Assembly (NCBI GenBank): GCA_964291295.2
Contig: OZ219754.1
Location: 2,400,001-2,464,000, forward strand
Origin: an uncultured Candidatus Binatia bacterium
Lineage (GTDB): Bacteria > Desulfobacterota > Binatia > UBA9968 > JAJDTQ01
Reading direction: 5' to 3'
DNA length: 64,000 nucleotides
Shown: piece by piece, positions 27,826 to 37,575 of the stretch
How the letters are laid out: each line of letters opens with the position of its first letter
Numbering within the stretch: position 1 is the first letter of the stretch
The notes under the pieces: generated by a model
The model's input: the letters and a program-made list of their open reading frames with translations, nothing else
Told to the model about the DNA's origin: nothing
Databases searched by the model: none
Made by a program: the position numbers and the translations under genes

Positions 27826-28923
27826 CTAGTCCCGGATGTCCTGCAGGAACCATTCCCTCGGCAACGGGTGTCCCAGGCCCCGGGCCTTGGCGAGCTCGAA
27901 CGCGGTGCCTCCCACAGCGGCGAACTGGAGGCCTTGGGTGCCCTGGTTGTTGAGGAACGTCACCTGCCGGTCGCTTGTCCTGCCGGGCCACCGGCCGGCC
28001 ATCAGGTCGGGAATGGTGCCGATGTTCCGGTTGTCGATCTCGCGGATGGGCGACGGCGGAATCCGGGCGGCCTCCTCATGGGTGCCGGCGATGTAGGCGA
28101 ACATGCCGTCGCTGCCGTGAAGGGTCCCCGGCGGGGGATTGTCCAGCACCAGGGTGGATGCGCCCAGGCGCGCCTGCAGGTCGCACCGGGCAAGGATCCC
28201 CGGTCCGGCCTCGTTGGAGCGGACGTTGGTGATGTGCATGCCGGGCTCCACCCATTCCGGCTTCATCACCTGGACCAGCGAGTCCGTGGTCATGGCGACG
28301 ATGTCGCTGCCGCGGCAGGCCTCCTCGGCGTTGTCGCAGGTCTCCACGCGCAGGCCCAGCTGCCCGCGCATCTCCGCCGCGAAGGCTTCCCGGTTGGCCC
28401 GGGTGGGGCTGAACACCCGCAGCCGCTCGATGTCGCGCACCGCGTGGATGGCCTGGGTGTAGGTCCGCGCCATGCCGCCGGAACCGAGCAGGCCCACCAC
28501 CCTGGAGTCCGGGCGCGAGAGGTACTTGACCCCGAGCCCGGCGCAGGCGCCCACCCGCATGTGCTGCAGGTAGCCGTCGTTCATCAGCGCCAGCGGCTCG
28601 CCGTTGCGCACGCTCAACAGGAAGATCAGGCCGCAGTAGGTGCCCGGCTCGACGCAGTACTTGTCCTCGGTCTCGAACTCCCCGTCCTTCTCCCATACCA
28701 GCATGTCCGACTTCATGCGGATGGCCATGTAACCCAGTGACCGGGTGGCCCCCTCCATGGTGCCCCAGCGGTAGTAGTGGGGTTCCCGGGGCACGTAGAA
28801 GTCGATTCTCGGACGGTAGGCCGCCTCGTTCCGGGAAAGGTCGCGGTAGGCGTCCTCCATGGCGTCGAGGCAGGTCTTCATGTCCAGAACCTCCCGGATG
28901 TGTTCATTGGTCAGAAACAGCAT
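27826..28923 (-). CDS. Ornithine cyclodeaminase/mu-crystallin family protein
   Basis: GEPLALMND..LQHMRVGA, LLGSGGMA, PGMHITNV and QGLQFAA. Confidence 0.85.
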   Translation of the reverse strand: MLFLTNEHIREVLDMKTCLDAMEDAYRDLSRNEAAYRPRIDFYVPREPHYYRWGTMEGATRSLGYMAIRMKSDMLVWEKDGEFETEDKYCVEPGTYCGLIFLLSVRNGEPLALMNDGYLQHMRVGACAGLGVKYLSRPDSRVVGLLGSGGMARTYTQAIHAVRDIERLRVFSPTRANREAFAAEMRGQLGLRVETCDNAEEACRGSDIVAMTTDSLVQVMKPEWVEPGMHITNVRSNEAGPGILARCDLQARLGASTLVLDNPPPGTLHGSDGMFAYIAGTHEEAARIPPSPIREIDNRNIGTIPDLMAGRWPGRTSDRQVTFLNNQGTQGLQFAAVGGTAFELAKARGLGHPLPREWFLQDIRD

Positions 28924-29419
28924 GGTTCCTCCTCGCGGCTTCGGCGGCCGGTCGCTCCAGCGGCGCCCGCGTTCGCGCGAATCCCGGACCCCCGCCCACC
29001 AGCCGCGGGAAATCCGCCCGGGTCACGGCCTCCCTCTTTTCATCCGGCAGCCTCTTGAGCCGGGCCAACGGGGCCGCCGCGCAGGCCATGATGTCCGGTG
29101 GCGCCATCGTCCCGGCGAGCCCGCACCGGGATTGTCGGTCTCGAACGCGCCGCGGCAGGGCGCACGCCGCCGCCCGGATCTCCTCCGAATACAGCACTTC
29201 CACGCCCGCGGTGAAGAGGCGCCCTTCGGCGATCATCTGGTGGAGCACGTCCATCGGTCCGGAGTACCGGTGGATGATGGCCCTGGCCGCGCCGACAGCG
29301 CGCAGGGTGTCGAGGATCTGCTGCCGCTCGATGCGCGGCAGCAGATCCCGCGGCAGTGGAGTGGTCGAGTGGGTGCGGGGTGCCGGCCAGTCGCATCCCG
29401 GGTCATTGCGGGCTTCCGG

Positions 29420-30841
29420 CTACCGGAAGCGGTCGCCAAAATACTTCGACAGGTCGATGCCATCCACCCCCGGCACCTTGATCTCCGGCGGATAATCGGA
29501 CTTGCGGGTGGCGTCCACCCCGACCTTGGTGACCAGATGGGATCCTCCGGCCGGGTCGTAGGAGGCCGGGTCCAGCGGGGAGCCCCTGGAATGGGTGACC
29601 ATGAACACGTCCCGGTCGGAGCGCACCCGGGTGGCGATGGCGTGCATCACGTCGCTGTCGTTGCTGATGTCCACGTCCTCATCCACGCAGATGACGAACT
29701 TCAGGAACGGGTCGGCGGCGAAGGCGGCCATGGCGGCGTTCTTGGCGTCGCCGTCGATCAAGGACTCCATCTGGATATAGCAGATGTAGCGGGAACGGCC
29801 GCAGGGGGGGACGTAGACGGCCTTCACTCCGGCGCTGGCGATGCGGCAGGTGTGGTGGATGTAGCTGTTCCGCGTCACCCCCGACAGCAGCAGGTTGTCG
29901 GCGTGCCCCACGAACGAACTCTGATAGAGCGCGTTCCGCTTCATGGTGATGGCCTTCACGTACACCACGGGGTTGATGCGCTGGGGGCCGTAGGTCCCGG
30001 GATACTCGCCGAAGGGCGCCTCTTCCTCCATCTCGGTGGGATGGATCTCGCATTCCATCACGATCTCGGCGCTGGCGGGCACTTCCACGTCGATGGTCCT
30101 GCACTTCACCAGTTCCACCGGCCTGCCCAGCATGGCACCGGCGATGCTGAACTCGTCGGTGTCGATGGATGTGAAGCTCAGGTTGCCGATGTTCATGGCC
30201 GGGTGGCCGCCGATGACCGCCGCCATCTGCGTCGGCAGGCCCCGGGACTTGTTCTTCTTGAGGATGTAGTGGCCGTGGGCGGTCTCGGATATCTGGATGC
30301 CGAACCGGTTCCGTCCCTTCAGTTGCAGGCGGTAGATGCCGGCGTTGCGTATGCCGGTGTCGGGATCCTTCATGACGTCGAAGGCCAGCGTGATGTAACG
30401 GCCGGCGTCGAGTTCGTGGTACTGCAGGATCGGCAGCATGGTGACGTCGACGTCGTCGCCGGTGAGCATCACTTCCTGGCACGGACCGCCGTCCACCTCC
30501 ACCGGCGGCAGCGGGTTGGCCTCGCGCCGGCCATACTCACGGATGAAATCGGCGGGGGTGGCGGCGTAGGGCAGCCCGATGGCCATGGCCAGCCGCGGAA
30601 AGCTGGCGTGCATGTTGGTGACCAGAGGTATGGAGGAGCCCTTGACGTTCTCGAAGATGACGCACGGGAACTGCTGCTGTCGTTCCAGCCTGGCCAGGAT
30701 TCCGGTCACCTCGAAGACCGGATCCACCGGGCGGGTGACCCGAATGACCTCGTCCGGATAGTTGGTTTCGAGAAACGCGATGGCCTCGCCCAGGGTTTGT
30801 CCCATTCCGTTGGTTGGCGCTGCGTGGGTTGGTTCTGTCAT
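29420..30841 (-). CDS. UbiD-family (prFMN-dependent) decarboxylase
   Basis: RNAGIYR, VPASAEIV.E, EAPFGEYPG, VDEDVD and KVGVDAT. Start may be 30805. Confidence 0.9.
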   Translation of the reverse strand: MTEPTHAAPTNGMGQTLGEAIAFLETNYPDEVIRVTRPVDPVFEVTGILARLERQQQFPCVIFENVKGSSIPLVTNMHASFPRLAMAIGLPYAATPADFIREYGRREANPLPPVEVDGGPCQEVMLTGDDVDVTMLPILQYHELDAGRYITLAFDVMKDPDTGIRNAGIYRLQLKGRNRFGIQISETAHGHYILKKNKSRGLPTQMAAVIGGHPAMNIGNLSFTSIDTDEFSIAGAMLGRPVELVKCRTIDVEVPASAEIVMECEIHPTEMEEEAPFGEYPGTYGPQRINPVVYVKAITMKRNALYQSSFVGHADNLLLSGVTRNSYIHHTCRIASAGVKAVYVPPCGRSRYICYIQMESLIDGDAKNAAMAAFAADPFLKFVICVDEDVDISNDSDVMHAIATRVRSDRDVFMVTHSRGSPLDPASYDPAGGSHLVTKVGVDATRKSDYPPEIKVPGVDGIDLSKYFGDRFR

Positions 30842-30908
30842 GGTGAGCCGTGCTTAGCATGGAGGCGCCCCTGCCGCAAGCGCATCCCCTGCGCCCCGCC
30901 TCACCCTG

Positions 30909-30938
30909 CCGTGGTTTCCGCGGCCGCGGAAACCACGG
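30909..30938. repeat. Perfect 30-bp palindrome
   Basis: CCGTGGTTTCCGCGGCCGCGGAAACCACGG equals its own reverse complement. Confidence 0.85.
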
Positions 30939-30952
30939 GTGCGGTGCCGGCG

Positions 30953-33322
30953 TCAGACGGTCCGGCGTTGCCGTATCTGTGCCCGCAACCGTTCGGGTGT
31001 CACCGGGGTCTCGGATATCTCCACGCCGCCAAGGGGGCGCAGCGCGTCCGCCACCGCGTTGGCCACGGCTACCGGCGGGGCGATGGCGCCGCCCTCGCCG
31101 ATGCCCTTGAGCCCCAGCGGATTGAGCGGAGAGGGGGTCTCGATGTGGACCTGCCGGATGTGCGGCACTTCCCGGCAGCTCGGCAGCAGGTAGTCCATGA
31201 AGGTGCCGGTCAGGAGTTGTCCCAGTTCGTCGTAGACGAACTCTTCGTAGAGTGCGCCGCCGATGCCTTGGGCCACGCCGCCGCGCACCTGGCCCTCGAC
31301 GAAGCGCGGGTTGATGGCCGGTCCGGAGTCGTGGGCTACGGCGTAGTCCAGGAGTTCCACTTCCCCCGTGTCCGGATCCACCGCCACCACGGCCACGTGG
31401 GCGGCGTGGCCCCAGGTGACGGTCCGCGGCACGTAGTAGAAGGTGGCCTCCAGGTCGGGCTCCATGCTCTCGGGCCGCTTCGAGGCCCAGCCCGGCACCG
31501 CGGCGGCCGCCAGTTCGGCCAGGGAAATTCCATGATCGGGGCGCTCCGCCACGAAGACCCGGCCGCCTCGTGTGGTCAGGTCCGCGGGGTTGGCTTCCAG
31601 CAGGTGGCCGGCCAGTTCGAACACCTTGGCCTTGAGACGCCGGGTGGCCTCGTGTATGGCCGTGCCGGCGGTGACCGTGCTGCGGCTGGCGAAGGTGCCC
31701 ACGCCGTAGCGGATGGCGTCGGTGTCGCCTCCCACGACCGTGACGTCGTCCGGCGCGACCCCCCAGAGGTCGGCGGTGATCTGCGAGAACACGGTCTCGT
31801 GCCCTTGGCCGTGGCCGCTGGCGCCCACCGCCACCCGCAGCCTGCCGCGGGAGTCCACCTCCACGCGGGCGCCCTCGAAGGAGCCCACGCCGGTCCCTTC
31901 GGTGTAGAAGCCGATGCCGGCGCCGATGTAGCGGTGGCCCTGGCGGCCCGGTTGCTGGCGCGCGCGCACGTCGTGGTAGCGGCATGCGTCCAGGGCCTTG
32001 GCAAGGGTGGCGGGAAAGTCGCCGTTGTCGTAGCGTACGGGCTCGCCGTCGCGGTAGAGGATGCCGGCGTCGTAGGGAATCTCCCCGGGCTGCACGAAGT
32101 TGCGGAAGCGCACCTCGGCCGCGTCGAGGTCGAGGGTGCCGGCGATGCGGTCGATGCAGCGCTCCATGACGAAGACCGCCTCGGGCCGCCCGGCGCCCCG
32201 GTAGGGGGCGTTGGGGACCTTGTTGGTGGCCACGCAGGTGCCGGTGACGGCCAGATTGGGGATCCGGTACGGTCCCTGAAGGTGGGCCGCGGTGTTGTAG
32301 GCGTCGGTGAGGCCCATGGGGTTGTAGGCGCCGTTGTCCAGAACGAAGCGGTCCTTGAGTCCCAGGATCCGCCCGTGATCGTCGAAGGCCAGTTCGACGT
32401 AGTGGATCTGGTCCCGGGCGTGGGCGGTGCTGATGAAGTGCTCCCGGCGGTCCTCGATCCATTGCACCGGCCGCCCCAGCTCCAGCGCCAGGTAAGGCAC
32501 CAGAACTTCCTCGGGGTACACCAGCACCTTGGGACCGAAGCCGCCGCCCACGTGAGGTGCCACCACACGGAGGGTCTCCTCGGCCAGCCCCAACTGGGCG
32601 GCGATCTGCCGGCGTACGCTGTGGGGAACCTGGGTGGACGACCATACCGTCAGGCGGCGCGGTCTGGACTCGGCCATGGCCACGACGCCTCGTCCCTCCA
32701 TGGGGATGCCGCCGTGCCGGCGGTGGTGCAGGCGTTCCTTGATGCGGTGAGGCGCCTTCTCCAGAACCCTTTCCACGTCGCCCTTGGCGATGTCGAAGTG
32801 GAACACCACGTTGTCGCCGGCGTCCTCGTGAACCCGCACCGCGTCCGCTTTCAGCGCCGCTTCCGGATCCACCACCGGCGCCAGCACCTCGTAGTCCACG
32901 TCGATGCCGTCCAGCGCGTCCTCGGCGCGGTAGCGGTCCTCGGCCAGTACCATGGCCACCGGCTCGCCCGCATGGCGCACCTTGTCCAGTGCCAGCACCC
33001 GTGGGCGCGGTCCCTTGAGCACGGGTTTGATGGCCTGCAGCCAAGGGCGCGGATGGAACTCGAAACTCGCCGGGAAGGGGGCGATGGCGTCCCGGACGTC
33101 CTCCCCGACAAGGACCCGCACGACTCCCGGCATGGCCCGGGCGGCGCCCGCGTCGATGCCGCGTATCCATGCGTGGGCGTGGGGGCTGCGCAGCACCGCG
33201 GCGTGGAGCATCCCCGGAAGCCGCAGGTCGCCGACATAGGTTCCCTGACCCCGCAGCAGCGGTTCGGCCTCCCGCATGGGGATGCTGCGTCCCATGTGAC
33301 GCAGGGTGTCTCGCTCTTTCAT
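30953..33322 (-). CDS. Xanthine dehydrogenase family molybdopterin-binding large subunit (form II CoxL-like)
   Basis: VLRSPHAHA, VGGGFGPK, PYRGAGRPE, GQGHET, GTFASRS and KGIGE. Confidence 0.9.
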   Translation of the reverse strand: MKERDTLRHMGRSIPMREAEPLLRGQGTYVGDLRLPGMLHAAVLRSPHAHAWIRGIDAGAARAMPGVVRVLVGEDVRDAIAPFPASFEFHPRPWLQAIKPVLKGPRPRVLALDKVRHAGEPVAMVLAEDRYRAEDALDGIDVDYEVLAPVVDPEAALKADAVRVHEDAGDNVVFHFDIAKGDVERVLEKAPHRIKERLHHRRHGGIPMEGRGVVAMAESRPRRLTVWSSTQVPHSVRRQIAAQLGLAEETLRVVAPHVGGGFGPKVLVYPEEVLVPYLALELGRPVQWIEDRREHFISTAHARDQIHYVELAFDDHGRILGLKDRFVLDNGAYNPMGLTDAYNTAAHLQGPYRIPNLAVTGTCVATNKVPNAPYRGAGRPEAVFVMERCIDRIAGTLDLDAAEVRFRNFVQPGEIPYDAGILYRDGEPVRYDNGDFPATLAKALDACRYHDVRARQQPGRQGHRYIGAGIGFYTEGTGVGSFEGARVEVDSRGRLRVAVGASGHGQGHETVFSQITADLWGVAPDDVTVVGGDTDAIRYGVGTFASRSTVTAGTAIHEATRRLKAKVFELAGHLLEANPADLTTRGGRVFVAERPDHGISLAELAAAAVPGWASKRPESMEPDLEATFYYVPRTVTWGHAAHVAVVAVDPDTGEVELLDYAVAHDSGPAINPRFVEGQVRGGVAQGIGGALYEEFVYDELGQLLTGTFMDYLLPSCREVPHIRQVHIETPSPLNPLGLKGIGEGGAIAPPVAVANAVADALRPLGGVEISETPVTPERLRAQIRQRRTV

Positions 33323-33355
33323 GGTCGTGCCTCCGTGCGCCGGCGGACCTGGCGG

Positions 33356-34039
33356 CTAGAGGGTCCAGGTGTCGTAGAGCAGCTCCATGCGGCGGAGCAT
33401 GACGGCGCGCGTCTGTTGCTGCAACGCCGGAGCGGTGAGGTAACGGCCGCCGATCTCCTCCGCCAGGCTGCCGTGCTCCTCGTCGGCCTCGACATGGACG
33501 GTGAAGAACCGGACCGATTCGGGAGGCATGCCATAGCTTTTGATGAATCCTTGTCCCAGCGCCGCCGCGGCCGGACCGAACGTCCCTTCGGCTCCCATCT
33601 GCGCCGCCATCACCACGAACCACGGATGCGTATGGATGACCAGTTCGGCGTAGTAGAGATGTGCCGCCGTGGCCGGCCGCAGCACGGCGTTCTCCAGGTC
33701 CGAGCGCGTGAGGCCGATGGCCCCGGCGAACTCCACGAACATGTCCGGATGGCCGGAGCTGCCCGGCAGAAGGCCGCGGGTCTCCTCCTCGGCCACCTCG
33801 AACAGCCTGGGGGCGAACTCGGGGTCGCTGCACGCCAGGTAACGAAGCAGGGCGATGCGGGGCACCGCGCGGCGGAACTGGAAGTCCTGCACGGCCCAGG
33901 TGCGGATGTGATCCATGGTGGCGGTGCCCTCGCATACGGCCTTCACGAACGGGTGGTGGATGCGCAGCCTGGGAAAGGCGGTGATCTCTTTCCGGAGCTG
34001 CGCGACGAACGCGTCGGCCGACGGGGTTGCGCTGTTCAT
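33356..34039 (-). CDS. Heme-oxygenase-like diiron protein (TenA/PqqC/CADD superfamily)
   Basis: HPFV, EEET..GH, GAE and FFTVHVEADEEH ligand pattern; ATG at 34039 after GGAGG. Confidence 0.75.
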   Translation of the reverse strand: MNSATPSADAFVAQLRKEITAFPRLRIHHPFVKAVCEGTATMDHIRTWAVQDFQFRRAVPRIALLRYLACSDPEFAPRLFEVAEEETRGLLPGSSGHPDMFVEFAGAIGLTRSDLENAVLRPATAAHLYYAELVIHTHPWFVVMAAQMGAEGTFGPAAAALGQGFIKSYGMPPESVRFFTVHVEADEEHGSLAEEIGGRYLTAPALQQQTRAVMLRRMELLYDTWTL

Positions 34040-34216
34040 GTCGATGCCTCCCGCAAGGATGGTGGAGGGCGGCGGGGAACGCACCGGCCTCCCGTGCAAG
34101 GCTATAGTCTTTGCGGCGGGAATGCGAGTCGTTGCACGGTCGGTCTTCGCGCCCGCTGGCCGTGATCCCGCCGCACCGGGAGTCGTGACATGTCGCCCCG
34201 GGGGGCGGCCATTGGC

Positions 34217-34248
34217 CGTTGCCGTGGCAACGACAGGAGTGTTATGAT
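34217..34248 (+). promoter_or_regulatory. Putative extended -10 promoter overlapped by a 16-bp palindrome
   Basis: TTGCCG-18 nt-TATGAT with TG just upstream of the -10; CGTTGCC-GT-GGCAACG covers the -35. Confidence 0.5.
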
Positions 34249-34287
34249 CTGCGCCACACTGGAAAGGCGCGAAGGCGCGCAGGCACG

Positions 34288-34325
34288 AATTGTAGAGGCG
34301 CGAATTAATTGTGGAGGCGCGAATT
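34288..34325 (+). repeat. Tandem 19-bp direct repeat in the ABC operon leader
   Basis: AATTGTAGAGGCGCGAATT followed immediately by AATTGTGGAGGCGCGAATT (one mismatch). Confidence 0.8.
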
Positions 34326-34341
34326 CTCAGGAGGTGTCATC

Positions 34342-35538
34342 ATGAAGGTTGCGAAGCTTCCGGCGATCTCTTTTCTGGCACTGGCGCTGGCGCTGGTGAC
34401 CGGGACGGTCTGGGCGAAGACCGTCAAGGTGGGCATCATTCTCCCGTACTCGGGTCCCAACGCGCAGCTCGGACAGCAGGTGGACCGGGGCTTCGATTTG
34501 TACCGGAAGCTCCACGTCGACGGCGCGGGCGGCCACGACATCGAGATCATCAAGCGGGACAGCACCGGCCCCAAGCCCGACGTGGCCAAGCGTCTGGCCA
34601 CCGAGTTGATCACCCGCGACAAGGTGGACATCGTGGCGGGCGTGGTCTACTCCAACAACGCCTTTGCCATCTCCGACGTGACGCGCAAGGCGAAGGTACC
34701 GTTTCTCATCATGAATGCCGGCACCGCGGCGCTCACGACGCGGTCGCCCTACACCGCCAGGGTTTCGTTCACCATGTGGCAGGCGGCATACCCTCTCGGC
34801 CGGTATGCCTACGAGAAGATGAATATCCGTACCGCGGCGGTGGCCTACGCCAACTACTCGCCCGGCAAGGACAGCAAGAATGCCTTCACCACGGCGTTCA
34901 CCGCCGCCGGCGGCAAGGTGGTGGCGGACATTCCGTTCCCGTTTCCCAAGATCCCGGACTTCACGCCGTTCCTCCAGTCGGTCAAGGACGCCGGGCCCGA
35001 CGCGCTGTATGTCTTCATTCCGGCCGGCAAGTGGGCCACCGGCGTCATGAAAACCTACGACGACCTGGGCATGAGGGCGGCCGGCATCGAACTCATCGGG
35101 CCGGGAGACATCACGCAGGATTCGGAACTGCCCAACATGGGCCAGGTTCCCCTGGGTGTCCTCACCATGCACCATTACTCCGCCGCCGGTGACAGGGCCG
35201 AGAACCGGTCCTTCGTGAAAGCCTGGAAAGAGGCTTACGGTGTCGACAGCACGCCGGACTTCTTCGGCGTCCAGGGCTGGGACGGCATGGCCGCCATCCA
35301 CGAGGTGGTGCGCCGTCTCGACGGCGATATCGACGCCGACAGGGCGCTGGATGTGCTCAAGGGCTGGAAGTTCGCGAGCCCGCGGGGTCCCATCATGATC
35401 GATCCCGAGACCCGGGATATCGTCCAGAACCAGTACCTGCGCAAGGTCGAGAAGCGCGGGGAGGCCCTCGCCAACGTCGAGTTGGAGGCCCTTGAGATGG
35501 TGAGGGATCCCTGGAAGGAACTGCAGCAGAAGAAGTAG
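34342..35538 (+). CDS. Branched-chain-type ABC substrate-binding protein (aromatic-acid-binding-like subfamily)
   Basis: Signal peptide, VKVGIILPYSG, AKRLATELITRDKVD and SPRGPIMIDPETRDIVQN. Confidence 0.9.
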   Translation: MKVAKLPAISFLALALALVTGTVWAKTVKVGIILPYSGPNAQLGQQVDRGFDLYRKLHVDGAGGHDIEIIKRDSTGPKPDVAKRLATELITRDKVDIVAGVVYSNNAFAISDVTRKAKVPFLIMNAGTAALTTRSPYTARVSFTMWQAAYPLGRYAYEKMNIRTAAVAYANYSPGKDSKNAFTTAFTAAGGKVVADIPFPFPKIPDFTPFLQSVKDAGPDALYVFIPAGKWATGVMKTYDDLGMRAAGIELIGPGDITQDSELPNMGQVPLGVLTMHHYSAAGDRAENRSFVKAWKEAYGVDSTPDFFGVQGWDGMAAIHEVVRRLDGDIDADRALDVLKGWKFASPRGPIMIDPETRDIVQNQYLRKVEKRGEALANVELEALEMVRDPWKELQQKK

Positions 35539-35688
35539 CCGCAGTCATGCCGCGCGGTCCGGTGAAGGCGCGGGGCGGCGTCTTCCCGGCATTGTCGGCC
35601 CTCCAGCTCGCAGCCGCGGACGGACCGCAAGGGTCGGACGCCCACGCCGACCCTTGCAACTCACGGAAGCATCGGCAGGCCACAATCG

Positions 35689-36549
35689 GTGATCAACTCC
35701 TTCGTCAGCATTGCGTTCGACGGCTTGGCCTTCGCAATGGTGCTGTTCATCATTTCGGTGGGGCTCTCCGTGACCATGGGCCTCATGGGTTTCGTGAATC
35801 TGGCCCACGGCCTGTTCGCCATGCTGGGCGGGTACATCGCGGTGTCCCTGATTCGAGACTGGGGGGCGCCGTTCCTTCTGGGCGCGCCGCTGGCCTGCGC
35901 CGCCGTGGCACTCATCAGCATCGTTCTGGAGCGCTGCCTCTACCGCCGCTTCTACGGCGCCGACGAACTGCAGCAGGTTCTGCTGACCATCGGCCTGGTG
36001 TTCATGGGCATCGCCGTGTGCACTTTCGTCTGGGGTCCGCTGAACGTGCAACTCGACGTGCCGTCGTATCTCAAGGGACAGGTGGACCTGGGGTTCCGCC
36101 GTTTTCCCACCTACCGCACGTTCATCATCCTGGTGAGTTTCGCGGTGGTCGTCGGCCTCTGGTACGGGTTCGAGCGCACGCTGCTGGGGGCCAGGGTGCG
36201 CGCCGCGGTGGACAACCGACGCATGGCCGAGACCGTCGGCATCCACATCCGGCGGCTGTTCACCCTGACCTTCGCGCTCGGGAGTGCGCTGGCGGCGCTG
36301 GGAGGGGCGCTGGGCACGGAGATTCTCGGACTGACCCCCACCTACGCGCTGGAATATCTCGTCTACTTCCTCATCGTGGTGGCGGTGGGCGGCCTCGGAA
36401 GCCTGCGGGGGGCCTTCGCCGCGTCCCTGATCCTGGGAATCGTGGACACCGCGGGCAAGTACTACCTGCCCGCCTTCGGCGCCTTCTTCATCTTCGTGGT
36501 GACCATCATCCTGCTCCTGTGGCGCCCGCAGGGCTTCCATGCCCGGTAG
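35689..36549 (+). CDS. Branched-chain ABC permease (LivH-like)
   Basis: GLSVTMGLMGFVNLAHG, RAAVDNRRMA and VGGLGS. Confidence 0.9.
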   Translation: MINSFVSIAFDGLAFAMVLFIISVGLSVTMGLMGFVNLAHGLFAMLGGYIAVSLIRDWGAPFLLGAPLACAAVALISIVLERCLYRRFYGADELQQVLLTIGLVFMGIAVCTFVWGPLNVQLDVPSYLKGQVDLGFRRFPTYRTFIILVSFAVVVGLWYGFERTLLGARVRAAVDNRRMAETVGIHIRRLFTLTFALGSALAALGGALGTEILGLTPTYALEYLVYFLIVVAVGGLGSLRGAFAASLILGIVDTAGKYYLPAFGAFFIFVVTIILLLWRPQGFHAR

Positions 36550-36591
36550 GCATCCCCGCTGAACAAGACCGCGCAGGACCGACGCGTTCAC

Positions 36592-37575
36592 ATGGAACGA
36601 CCCGCCCATCGCAACCCCTCACGAAATGCCGCCCTCCGCCCGGCCGAGTTGCTGCCCTGGCTGGCGGCAGCCCTGGGCTTCTTCGTGTTTCCCGACTACC
36701 TCCAACTGGGATCCCAGATACTCATCATGGTGCTGTTCGCCCTCTCCCTGGACCTGATCCTGGGCCATGCCGGCATCGTGTCCCTGGGCCACGCGGCGCT
36801 GTTCGGCACCGGCGCCTACGCCGCCGGGATCCTGTCGGCGCATCTGGGCTGGAACGAGCCCGTGAGCGGACTGCTCATGGCGGGGGCGGTGGCCGGGGTG
36901 GTGGGTTTCCTGTGCGGTGCGGTCATCCTCTACACGCGCGGGCTCACCCTGTTGATGCTGACGCTGGCCGTCACCATCCTGCTGCAGGAGCTGGCCAACG
37001 AGCAGGAGCACTGGACCGGCGGCGACGACGGCCTGCAGGGGGTGGTGATGGAACCGCTGCTGGGAATGTTCGAGTTCGACCTCTACGGCCGGACCGCCTA
37101 CCTCTATGCGCTTGCGGTGCTTTTCGTGGTGTTCGTTGCCGCTCGCGCCATCGTCAACTCCTCCTTCGGCCAGTCCCTGCGGGGCATCCGCGAGAACGAG
37201 CGGCGCATGCACGCGGTGGGCTGTCCGGTGTATCGCCAGCTGCTGCGGGCCTACACCGTGGCCGCGGTCATGGCGGGCATCGCCGGCGGGTTGCTGGCTC
37301 AGACCACGGAGTTCGTGGCGCTGGACGTGCTCAGCTTCGAACGTTCCGGCGACGTGCTGATCATGCTGATTCTCGGCGGCACCGGGCGTCTTTACGGCGC
37401 GTTCCTCGGGGCACCCGTGTACATGATCCTTCAGGATCAGCTGGCCCGGCTCAGCCCGGAGTACTGGCTCCTGGGCATTGGCGGCCTGCTGGTGGCCACC
37501 GTCCTCCATGCTCCGGACGGCATCCTGGGGCTGGTGGAACGCTACGGCTTGCGCGCGCGGCGGGGTGAGCCATGA
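36592..37575 (+). CDS. Branched-chain ABC permease (LivM-like)
   Basis: LILGHAGIVSLGHAA, TGGDDG, IRENE and LGGTGRLYG. Confidence 0.9.
   Translation: MERPAHRNPSRNAALRPAELLPWLAAALGFFVFPDYLQLGSQILIMVLFALSLDLILGHAGIVSLGHAALFGTGAYAAGILSAHLGWNEPVSGLLMAGAVAGVVGFLCGAVILYTRGLTLLMLTLAVTILLQELANEQEHWTGGDDGLQGVVMEPLLGMFEFDLYGRTAYLYALAVLFVVFVAARAIVNSSFGQSLRGIRENERRMHAVGCPVYRQLLRAYTVAAVMAGIAGGLLAQTTEFVALDVLSFERSGDVLIMLILGGTGRLYGAFLGAPVYMILQDQLARLSPEYWLLGIGGLLVATVLHAPDGILGLVERYGLRARRGEP

Noticed and set aside
30953-33322. True aerobic CO dehydrogenase (form I coxL)
   Set aside because: The active-site loop reads PYRGAGR rather than AYxCSFR, and coxM/coxS are not adjacent.
28859-34165. 1768-aa plus-strand ORF
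   Set aside because: Antisense shadow of the ubiD, Mo-enzyme and diiron genes. It has no recognisable motifs, and long stop-free antisense frames are expected at this GC content.
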